From an uncultured virus (IMG/VR IMGVR_UViG_3300025865_000001) (lineage: Duplodnaviria; Heunggongvirae; Uroviricota; Caudoviricetes): a stretch of 64,000 nt of DNA. The translations under genes and the position numbers were made by a program. Location of the stretch: the IMG/VR virus record IMGVR_UViG_3300025865_000001. The stretch is one strand, 5' to 3'. The notes beneath the pieces were generated by a model. It did not search any database. It was given only the letters and a program-made list of their open reading frames with translations, and was not told the origin of the DNA. Positions 19,177-26,515 of this stretch are shown piece by piece. How positions within the stretch are numbered: the first letter of the stretch is position 1; the number at the start of each line of letters is the position of its first letter.

Positions 19177-19734
19177 GCACCCAGAATCATTCCTCTGCCC
19201 AAAATCGGGCTTAAATTCTTATTCAACTATCACATTCGATAACTTATCTATGCATGATGTCAATCGTTTCTTTTAAGCCTGTTTTACAATCAGTAATTAT
19301 ATACCAAATTTTAGCTCGTATCGAATCATGTCAGCAACTGGTATTCTAAACTCCATATCAAAATCAATCCTCTGACTAAAATCAGCCTTAAATTCTTATA
19401 TATATAGTACATCTGAATAAGTACTCGTATTTATCTTTTGGTATTGAATTTAGTGCCATTTTAGGTTACTGAAAAATTATTGATTTGCTTTACCCCTTAA
19501 TGTTTAATCCGTTATCTTTTAATCCTTATTCTTTATGTTTATTTTTAATGTATACATAGATACTATGTTAAAGATAATCTTATCAGTTAGATACTATATC
19601 TTTTAATCCTTATTCTTTATTTTTTAATTCTTAATCTTTTAATTACTTATCTTTTAATCTTTAATCTTTATTCTTTAATCAGTATCTTTAAAAGAATATA
19701 TATACAAACAGCAATTTATCTGATTACAAACATC

Positions 19735-19762
19735 TTGACAAAGTAATAAAAAGGTGTATAAT
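19735..19762 (+). promoter_or_regulatory. sigma70 promoter for paralog array block 2
   Basis: TTGACA-16-TATAAT; ATG 9 nt after the -10 box. Confidence 0.8.
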
Positions 19763-19771
19763 CATTAGTAT

Positions 19772-20011
19772 ATGAAAAATTCTTTATGCAGAAACGAAAT
19801 TCTAGAACCTGGAGAAATTATAAACGCCTATCATACATTTGATTGGGGTGGTCAATTTCTTGGAATAGTTAAACTTGTAAGACTTTCTGACACTAATGGA
19901 TATGCTGGGCGTATATATCATACATGGAAAGTAATTCCTATGAATGATTATACTAGAGAAATGTATACGACAATATTGCCCGTTACCATTACGCCTATTA
20001 TAGATGATTGA
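19772..20011 (+). CDS. RNEILE-family small protein 10
   Basis: RNEILEPGEIINAY. Confidence 0.85.
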   Translation: MKNSLCRNEILEPGEIINAYHTFDWGGQFLGIVKLVRLSDTNGYAGRIYHTWKVIPMNDYTREMYTTILPVTITPIIDD

Positions 20012-20025
20012 GAATAGGAATAATA

Positions 20026-20256
20026 ATGCCACACTACTATAACTATCGCGAGGGTGTACGAAGAAATGAAATTTTTGAGGTTGGTCAAGTTGTATATACT
20101 TGCCAGGATAGTAGTCAGCGTTCTGCCAAATGTAAAACAATTCTTCTTATGGAAGTGTCAGAGGACTTTTGGTTTGGAAAAGATATAGATGGGGGATATG
20201 GGGTTACATGGCATCCTGATAAACTCAGTCCTATCATACCAATAATTGACACATAA
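20026..20256 (+). CDS. RNEILE-family small protein 11
   Basis: RNEIFEVGQ. Confidence 0.8.
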   Translation: MPHYYNYREGVRRNEIFEVGQVVYTCQDSSQRSAKCKTILLMEVSEDFWFGKDIDGGYGVTWHPDKLSPIIPIIDT

Positions 20257-20308
20257 GATTGTGAATGACAATGGCTAAAATAATACACTTACAAATGGAG
20301 GTATAATA

Positions 20309-20539
20309 ATGTCAAATACTTTATATAGAAATGAGATTTTAGTATCAGGCGAGATTATCAATGCCTATGCATATTTTGAATGGGATGGCAGATTCCTTGG
20401 AAGTGTTTGCCTAAAAGATAAGCGCTATGAGTCTGGGAATAAACAATCATGGATGGTAGATTACATAGATGGTATGCAGAATGCTACATACAAAACATCA
20501 ATACCAGCTCAAATAATACCAATTATAGATATAGGATAA
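20309..20539 (+). CDS. RNEILE-family small protein 12
   Basis: RNEILVSGEIINAY. Confidence 0.85.
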   Translation: MSNTLYRNEILVSGEIINAYAYFEWDGRFLGSVCLKDKRYESGNKQSWMVDYIDGMQNATYKTSIPAQIIPIIDIG

Positions 20540-20543
20540 TGCC

Positions 20544-20783
20544 ATGCCCTTTAGAGATATCAATACCAAAGTACAAAGGAATGAAATTCTAGCGGTTGGT
20601 GAATGCATTAATGCCTATGCTACTACTCATTGGAGTGGCAGATTGATTGGTAATATAAAATTATTACGTCGAGTTAATCCCACTGTTTATCAAGAAGAAT
20701 GGTGGGTTGAATACATTACGGGGCATGGAAGTCTTCGATATACTACGACTACACCAGAGTCAGTACCCACGATAGGCAGTTGA
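20544..20783 (+). CDS. RNEILE-family small protein 13
   Basis: RNEILAVGE; close paralog of member 15. Confidence 0.85.
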   Translation: MPFRDINTKVQRNEILAVGECINAYATTHWSGRLIGNIKLLRRVNPTVYQEEWWVEYITGHGSLRYTTTTPESVPTIGS

Positions 20784-20784
20784 A

Positions 20785-21012
20785 ATGCAAAAACAATTGA
20801 ACAATGAAATATTACAGTCTGGACAAATCGTTACACTTAATCGGAGCGAAATTAGAGATGTAGGAAATATGGGTTGCGGCATATTAAAAGATTACATTGG
20901 TAAACATAGCGGGAATATAGAAGTGTGGTCAATATGGTGGTCATTTAATGGTATGGAAAATGTTTTTGGATTTCTTTCACCTTCACCAATAGAACCCGTT
21001 AAACCAGAATAG
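20785..21012 (+). CDS. RNEILE-family small protein 14
   Basis: NNEILQSGQ...VWSIWWS; close to member 16. Confidence 0.85.
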   Translation: MQKQLNNEILQSGQIVTLNRSEIRDVGNMGCGILKDYIGKHSGNIEVWSIWWSFNGMENVFGFLSPSPIEPVKPE

Positions 21013-21022
21013 GAATATTATA

Positions 21023-21265
21023 ATGCCAGATGTCTTTACATATAACAAAACTTTACAACGAAATGAAATTCTAGCAGAAGGTGAATTGATTAATGCTTAT
21101 CATACTAGTCACTGGACAGGTAAATTGCTTGGAAATATAAAATTATTGCGACGTGTTAATAAATACGGTAATCAAGAAGATTGGCATGTTGAATACATCA
21201 CTGGTGATGGGAATACTACTTATCACACATCTACGCCTGAAACAATACCTAACATAGAGGGCTAG
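21023..21265 (+). CDS. RNEILE-family small protein 15
   Basis: RNEILAEGE. Confidence 0.85.
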   Translation: MPDVFTYNKTLQRNEILAEGELINAYHTSHWTGKLLGNIKLLRRVNKYGNQEDWHVEYITGDGNTTYHTSTPETIPNIEG

Positions 21266-21266
21266 A

Positions 21267-21503
21267 ATGCAAGAAACTTCTAACAACGAAATACTTGAAG
21301 TTGGACAAATCATTGTGGTATATCGAAATGATAATAATGTGAGATGTAAAAATAGTAGTAGTGATGGTTATGCCATATTGAGAAAGAAATTATATGAAAA
21401 TCACAATCGTCAGGTTTGGTCAATATGGTGGTCTACTATAAACGAAGAGACTTGCGCCAGTGTTGTTCAACCAAAACCATTGAAACCTATTCAACCAGAA
21501 TAA
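21267..21503 (+). CDS. RNEILE-family small protein 16
   Basis: NNEILEVGQ...VWSIWWS. Confidence 0.85.
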   Translation: MQETSNNEILEVGQIIVVYRNDNNVRCKNSSSDGYAILRKKLYENHNRQVWSIWWSTINEETCASVVQPKPLKPIQPE

Positions 21504-21513
21504 AAGTATCATC

Positions 21514-21738
21514 ATGAAACAGATAACATGCCGAAATGAAATTTTTGAAGAAGGACAAATTATACCTGTTCAAAAATACCGCGACTGGAGTGGTGGGGTT
21601 ATTCGGGTTATCAAACTGCTTAAGAAATATGAAGAACCAATGATCGTAGAATGTTGGATAGCAGAAGAATTGAGTTCTGGTCGGCATATGACCTGGCAAC
21701 CTTTTACGATATTTGCAGTTGATAAGATATATAACTGA
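21514..21738 (+). CDS. RNEILE-family small protein 17
   Basis: RNEIFEEGQ. Confidence 0.85.
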   Translation: MKQITCRNEIFEEGQIIPVQKYRDWSGGVIRVIKLLKKYEEPMIVECWIAEELSSGRHMTWQPFTIFAVDKIYN

Positions 21739-21751
21739 CACAAGGAGAAAA

Positions 21752-21991
21752 GTGAAAGAAGTTTTTCGAAACGAAATACTTGAAAGAGGACAAATAGTTC
21801 TTTTATATTATGCTATTAATTGGCAGGGAACTATTAGGGGTGTTGGTGAATTAGTAAGCACCGTTGAATGTGAAACTCGTCTAACAGAACTTTGGACTGT
21901 TAGTATTCAGGACGAAGACTTTATAAAATGGTCGATGCTCAATCCCAACATCTTGACAAAAGACTTGATGAGGCATATAATAAATGCATGA
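21752..21991 (+). CDS. RNEILE-family small protein 18
   Basis: GTG start after AAGGAG; RNEILERGQ. Confidence 0.85.
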   Translation: MKEVFRNEILERGQIVLLYYAINWQGTIRGVGELVSTVECETRLTELWTVSIQDEDFIKWSMLNPNILTKDLMRHIINA

Positions 21992-22218
21992 AAACAATAC
22001 GAAATGAAATCTTAGAGGCTGGACAGGAAGTTATTATGTACATGGACACCGATTGGCAAGGTAAAATCGGCGGTGTGGCGAGACTGATAAAACAGGTTGA
22101 TTACTCTGACCATAATACTGTGCGATGGGAGATTATTGCCAAGAATGTTATTCCACCAGTACCTCTATTAGTTAGAAATTGGTGGTTCGGTATCCTAGAT
22201 AGAACCCGATTGGATTGA
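21988..22218 (+). CDS. RNEILE-family small protein 19
   Basis: MKTIRNEILEAGQ. Confidence 0.85.
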   Translation: MKTIRNEILEAGQEVIMYMDTDWQGKIGGVARLIKQVDYSDHNTVRWEIIAKNVIPPVPLLVRNWWFGILDRTRLD

Positions 22219-22219
22219 A

Positions 22220-22453
22220 ATGACCTTTATCAGAAATGAAATTTTGGAAGTAGGACAGGAAGTCCTATTGTATACTAGGTCGCAATGGAGAGGGGAAATT
22301 AGGTGCATGGGTACGTTAGTATGCAAATTGGAAGGTGGCTCTGAAAGTCCATCTGAACTTTGGAGAATTATTCCAGCAGATAATGGGTGGTTACGCACAT
22401 GGTGGATAGGCAATCCCAATATGTATGATAAAGTATTGAGTAGTGAAATATGA
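22220..22453 (+). CDS. RNEILE-family small protein 20
   Basis: RNEILEVGQ. Confidence 0.85.
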   Translation: MTFIRNEILEVGQEVLLYTRSQWRGEIRCMGTLVCKLEGGSESPSELWRIIPADNGWLRTWWIGNPNMYDKVLSSEI

Positions 22454-22695
22454 GAAATGAAATTTTGGAAGCGGGGCAAGAGGTTATACTATATATATAT
22501 ACTAATTGGCGTGGTAGAATTAGGGGTACTGGAATACTGGTCAATAAACTAGAAACCTCTGGTCTTGGTTCAGAATTGTGGAGAATTACTGGTATTGATA
22601 ATATAGATACTGAACACTTTATAGCACGCGGAGATATTTGGTGGCTTGGAAAGGTTGATGGTTTGGATGAGAGCAATGTTAAAGCCAAGGAATGA
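22450..22695 (+). CDS. RNEILE-family small protein 21
   Basis: MRNEILEAGQ. Confidence 0.85.
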   Translation: MRNEILEAGQEVILYIYTNWRGRIRGTGILVNKLETSGLGSELWRITGIDNIDTEHFIARGDIWWLGKVDGLDESNVKAKE

Positions 22696-22912
22696 AATTT
22701 TAGAATCTGGACAAGAGGTTGTGCTCTATCATGATACTGCATGGGTAGGCGATATTCGATGTACTGGTGTATTAGTTAAAAAATTAATAGGTCACAGTAG
22801 TTGGGAGGAAGAGTGGGAAGTTATTCCAGACGATAGTTGTTGCTCAGAGACATGGTGGCTTGGGAGTATTCTTCCTATTCAAAAGGATAACAATGTTGCA
22901 ACCAAGGAATGA
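22676..22912 (+). CDS. RNEILE-family small protein 22
   Basis: MLKPRNEILESGQ. Confidence 0.85.
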   Translation: MLKPRNEILESGQEVVLYHDTAWVGDIRCTGVLVKKLIGHSSWEEEWEVIPDDSCCSETWWLGSILPIQKDNNVATKE

Positions 22913-23111
22913 AATATTAAAATCAGGTCAAGTAATATATATTGGTCTAGATGATAATCCATACTATATTAAATATCCCACAGTACGCCTTGCTGAGGTA
23001 CACCATTTAGATGGCTGGAAAGATGCTTGGGATGTGCAGGATGTCGATACAGGTCATTGGGTTAAATGGTATCCTGATAAGATAAAAGAAATCAAACCAA
23101 TTATAGATTAG
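22893..23111 (+). CDS. RNEILE-family small protein 23
   Basis: MLQPRNEILKSGQ...VHHLD. Confidence 0.85.
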   Translation: MLQPRNEILKSGQVIYIGLDDNPYYIKYPTVRLAEVHHLDGWKDAWDVQDVDTGHWVKWYPDKIKEIKPIID

Positions 23112-23119
23112 GATAACTA

Positions 23120-23350
23120 ATGGCAAATGCATACCGTAATGAAATTTTACAAATAGGTCAAGTGGTGTATCTTAGTCAAGATAAGACTCCAGATAGGTTC
23201 ATAAGAATTCCTACGGCACGTCTTATCAGTGTACATCATTTAGACCGCTATAAGGATTCTTGGAGTGTACAAGATGTTAGCACTGGTGACTTTATGACGT
23301 GGCATCCCAATAAGATAGCACCCATTGAACCCATAACTGACATAGAGTAA
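23120..23350 (+). CDS. RNEILE-family small protein 24
   Basis: RNEILQIGQ...VHHLD. Confidence 0.85.
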   Translation: MANAYRNEILQIGQVVYLSQDKTPDRFIRIPTARLISVHHLDRYKDSWSVQDVSTGDFMTWHPNKIAPIEPITDIE

Positions 23351-23353
23351 AAA

Positions 23354-23545
23354 ATGAGAAATGAAATTTTGCAAGCAGGAGAAATATGGATTTTCGAACA
23401 TGATAATATTTCAAGGATACATACTATCACCTTGGTTAAAAGAATAGCAGAGTTTAGTACAAACTTAAAAGATGTTTGGGAAGTCATACTGGAGAACGGG
23501 GAAGTAAGTTTATGTAATCTAGTTCATTGGCAACATGTGGTATAA
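23354..23545 (+). CDS. RNEILE-family small protein 25
   Basis: MRNEILQAGE. Confidence 0.85.
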   Translation: MRNEILQAGEIWIFEHDNISRIHTITLVKRIAEFSTNLKDVWEVILENGEVSLCNLVHWQHVV

Positions 23546-23562
23546 TTGATAAGGAGATGAGA

Positions 23563-23802
23563 ATGGCACAAAATGAACTCATAGAAGTTGGACAAATACT
23601 ACTGGTTAATCCAAACGGTTGCCACCTCAATCGCTATGCAACTCTGCTACGTAAAGTTGACCAAGTTGAATTTAAATCAAAGTTATTGCCCTATATGGAA
23701 CATTGGGAAGTGGAATTCGAGGATGGTACTAGACGGGTCACTGGAGTTTTTACATTCAGACATGACCCTTTAACTGGAGAGATATTAGATGACGATGCAT
23801 AA
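23563..23802 (+). CDS. RNEILE-family small protein 26
   Basis: MAQNELIEVGQ after AAGGAG. Confidence 0.8.
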   Translation: MAQNELIEVGQILLVNPNGCHLNRYATLLRKVDQVEFKSKLLPYMEHWEVEFEDGTRRVTGVFTFRHDPLTGEILDDDA

Positions 23803-24010
23803 CGAAATTTTAGAAGTTGGACAAACAATTCATCTAAGTGAAGCCTATCACTGGTATCAGGATTCATCGAATAATCTTATTTTGATTAGGATGGAGGTTC
23901 GTGGTTCATATTCAGAGGCTTGGCTATCGCAAGATAGTAATACCGGTAATAGATTTATGTGGTACGCAAATATCATAGAACCCACCGCGCCGATTAGGAT
24001 AAATACGTGA
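23789..24010 (+). CDS. RNEILE-family small protein 27
   Basis: MHNEILEVGQ. Confidence 0.85.
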   Translation: MTMHNEILEVGQTIHLSEAYHWYQDSSNNLILIRMEVRGSYSEAWLSQDSNTGNRFMWYANIIEPTAPIRINT

Positions 24011-24309
24011 AAGATATATATCGCAATGAAATATTAGAACCTGGGCAGATTGTTCCTCTATACTATGCTGGTTGGAGTGGGAAAATAAAATGCCATGCCA
24101 AACTTGTGAAATATATATCTGAAAAATCGGCTTGCAATTCTCAGGCATGGGTTGTAGCACTTAATAATGGAGAGGAAATTGCGTGGGATATAGTCAACCC
24201 AGATATGAGTACAAAATCCTTATTCAGAAAATATTCCAAATTTACCGTTGACTATACAAATCCCGCATACGATGGTATTTTTAGTTGGGTGATAAATGCT
24301 ACAACGTAA
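24007..24309 (+). CDS. RNEILE-family small protein 28
   Basis: RNEILEPGQ. Confidence 0.85.
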   Translation: MKDIYRNEILEPGQIVPLYYAGWSGKIKCHAKLVKYISEKSACNSQAWVVALNNGEEIAWDIVNPDMSTKSLFRKYSKFTVDYTNPAYDGIFSWVINATT

Positions 24310-24541
24310 CGAGATTTTAGAATCGGGTCAGATAACAATATTATATAGAAACGGATTTTGGGAGGGCGAGATGTGTGGTTACGCAACTCTAGATAAATTG
24401 TTCAATGCTTCACCAAGAACCGTAATTGAGACATGGATTGTTATTTTACCTGACGGGCAGAAAAGACAATGGTCTATGCACAACCCAGATAAAAAAGTGA
24501 GACAGAACAATGTTTGTGATGCTGCTTACGAACCGTTTTAG
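24296..24541 (+). CDS. RNEILE-family small protein 29 (ends DAAYEPF)
   Basis: RNEILESGQ. Confidence 0.85.
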   Translation: MLQRNEILESGQITILYRNGFWEGEMCGYATLDKLFNASPRTVIETWIVILPDGQKRQWSMHNPDKKVRQNNVCDAAYEPF

Positions 24542-24550
24542 GAGAGTCAT

Positions 24551-24769
24551 ATGATGCGTAATGAAATTTTAGAAACGGGGCAAATTGTTCTCTTATATAC
24601 TAATGGTAGTTGGTATGGCAAATCTAGCGGTGCGGGTACGTTGATTAAGCAATTATCTTGTGGCTCATATGGAGAGAACTGGCTGGTAGTATTACCAGAC
24701 GGAGACGAAACTACTTGGGGAATGGATGATACTAGTAAAGAAATCAATGAAGACGCAATTCCATTTTAG
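24551..24769 (+). CDS. RNEILE-family small protein 30 (ends EDAIPF)
   Basis: MRNEILETGQ. Confidence 0.85.
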   Translation: MMRNEILETGQIVLLYTNGSWYGKSSGAGTLIKQLSCGSYGENWLVVLPDGDETTWGMDDTSKEINEDAIPF

Positions 24770-24780
24770 GAGATAGTATA

Positions 24781-25020
24781 ATGCGTAATGAAATTTTAGA
24801 AATAGGACAGACAGTATTGTTATACTACAATGGCACATGGATGGGTAAATCACAGGGCTTGGGAACATTGACTGAATGTTATGGTGTAAATTCTTTTGAA
24901 GAACGGTGGACAGTAGTTCTTGAAGATGGTGAAGAAACTAGTTGGGCAATGCGCAGGACTGATAAAGAATGGATGACTGAGGAATGCCACCCCATTGTTG
25001 ACGACGAAATTCCATTTTAG
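24781..25020 (+). CDS. RNEILE-family small protein 31 (ends DDEIPF)
   Basis: MRNEILEIGQ. Confidence 0.85.
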   Translation: MRNEILEIGQTVLLYYNGTWMGKSQGLGTLTECYGVNSFEERWTVVLEDGEETSWAMRRTDKEWMTEECHPIVDDEIPF

Positions 25021-25029
25021 GAGAATCTT

Positions 25030-25248
25030 ATGATGCGTAATGAAATTTTAGAACCAGGGCAAATTGTAGTCTTATACTACAATGGCAGGTGGCATGGTGA
25101 TTCCGCTGGTACTGGTAGATTGATTAAAAAATTATCGAGCGATGCTTGGTCAATAGAGATAGATGTGGGCAATTTTATTACTTGGGGAATGGATGATACC
25201 AACGTAGAAATTGTTAAAAAAAATATTAAAGATGAAATTCCATTCTAA
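25030..25248 (+). CDS. RNEILE-family small protein 32 (ends KDEIPF)
   Basis: MRNEILEPGQ. Confidence 0.85.
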   Translation: MMRNEILEPGQIVVLYYNGRWHGDSAGTGRLIKKLSSDAWSIEIDVGNFITWGMDDTNVEIVKKNIKDEIPF

Positions 25249-25254
25249 GAGATA

Positions 25255-25467
25255 GTGATGCAAAGAAATGAAATTCTAGAGAATGGAGCCATGCTTTATG
25301 TGCATAGAAAACCTAGTTCCAAAATCTATGGATTTAGGCTAATTGAACGTTTAACATATATTAATCCGCAATTTACTGGCGAATTATGGAAATGCTATGA
25401 CGAAGAAAGTGGAAGAATGCGTAGCCAATCATTCTATACTTGTGAAAATATAGACAAAATTTTATAA
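25255..25467 (+). CDS. RNEILE-family small protein 33
   Basis: RNEILENGA. Confidence 0.8.
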   Translation: MMQRNEILENGAMLYVHRKPSSKIYGFRLIERLTYINPQFTGELWKCYDEESGRMRSQSFYTCENIDKIL

Positions 25468-25502
25468 TAAGTATGATAAATATCAAACAAATAACCAAAA
25501 AC

Positions 25503-25531
25503 TTGACAAAGTTGAACAAATGTGATATAAT
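25503..25531 (+). promoter_or_regulatory. Consensus sigma70 promoter for the RNA polymerase operon
   Basis: TTGACA-17-TATAAT with TG extension. Confidence 0.9.
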
Positions 25532-25590
25532 CTATATTGATGAAATACAATCATCAAATTAGTTAGAAAGAAGGTAACAAATAATGTTTT

Positions 25591-26163
25591 ATGACTCGTT
25601 CAAGACACTCCCACAATAGTGTGGGAAATAATCTAAATACTGCCGATGTTTTAGAGTCGCCCCGTATTTATAGGTCAGTTGATGATACTACTGGTATGCC
25701 AATAGATAAAGAAATTATTGTTGAATTGCTTGACCCAATGCAAGATGCGTGTACGTATAGAGTGAAAGTAAGTGGGGATAGCATCCGACGCATTGTCGGT
25801 AATTTTTATTTTGGTATTACAATAGATAAAAAATTAGGCGAGCTATTCCTAAAAATGTTGCAAGTTGTGACTGTGAGTCCACACAGCATTTTGATAAATG
25901 ACATGGATGAACTTGAGCATATTTATTATAGTTTCAAGGAATATCTTCACCATGTATGCTCGCCTTATATAATTCAAACCGTAGGAGAAGAGAGTTCAGA
26001 GCTTAATCCAATAAAAATGAAGCAATTATCCCCATTACCCAAAGAACTTATAGACGACTCACATACACTCGCACAAATTTTAGCAATTTTTGAATTAGCA
26101 CTTTTTAATAATTTCCAACTTTTATTTTATGGCTCTTTTATGACTGATAACGATTTAACTTAA
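25591..26163 (+). CDS. Hypothetical protein
   Basis: 190-aa ORF. Confidence 0.65.
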   Translation: MTRSRHSHNSVGNNLNTADVLESPRIYRSVDDTTGMPIDKEIIVELLDPMQDACTYRVKVSGDSIRRIVGNFYFGITIDKKLGELFLKMLQVVTVSPHSILINDMDELEHIYYSFKEYLHHVCSPYIIQTVGEESSELNPIKMKQLSPLPKELIDDSHTLAQILAIFELALFNNFQLLFYGSFMTDNDLT

Positions 26164-26507
26164 TGTCAAATTTAGTTAAATTAAAATTAAATATATCAAA
26201 TACCGACATGCTGTTGGCTGAAGAAGTTTTAAGTGCGGAAGATTTAGACACATTACTATTTGGGTGTACTGATTCCGAAGATACGCTCTTATCGCATCTG
26301 ATAAAAGTCATTTCTTTTGCGAGAGATTGTAAGAGGGGAATGAAATTCGTAGTCAGAGCTAATAAAAATTTGGAAAGAGAAGTAGTCAAGGCTTTTATTT
26401 ATTGTAAAGACAATGGGCGTGATATGCGCATAGGTGTTTTACAATTTTTTGATACTATTAACTGTTTTTTAGATAAAAAAATATATATTGTGGTGGAGGT
26501 AATGTAA
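26163..26507 (+). CDS. Hypothetical protein
   Basis: 114-aa ORF coupled by TAATG. Confidence 0.65.
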   Translation: MSNLVKLKLNISNTDMLLAEEVLSAEDLDTLLFGCTDSEDTLLSHLIKVISFARDCKRGMKFVVRANKNLEREVVKAFIYCKDNGRDMRIGVLQFFDTINCFLDKKIYIVVEVM

Positions 26508-26515
26508 TCAATAAG

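Noticed and set aside
16845..25467. The recurring AATGAAATT(T/C)TAGAA DNA motif as a CRISPR repeat or integron-like cassette site
   Set aside because: It lies in-frame inside ORFs, varies at synonymous positions, is not palindromic, and the units are 200-300 bp
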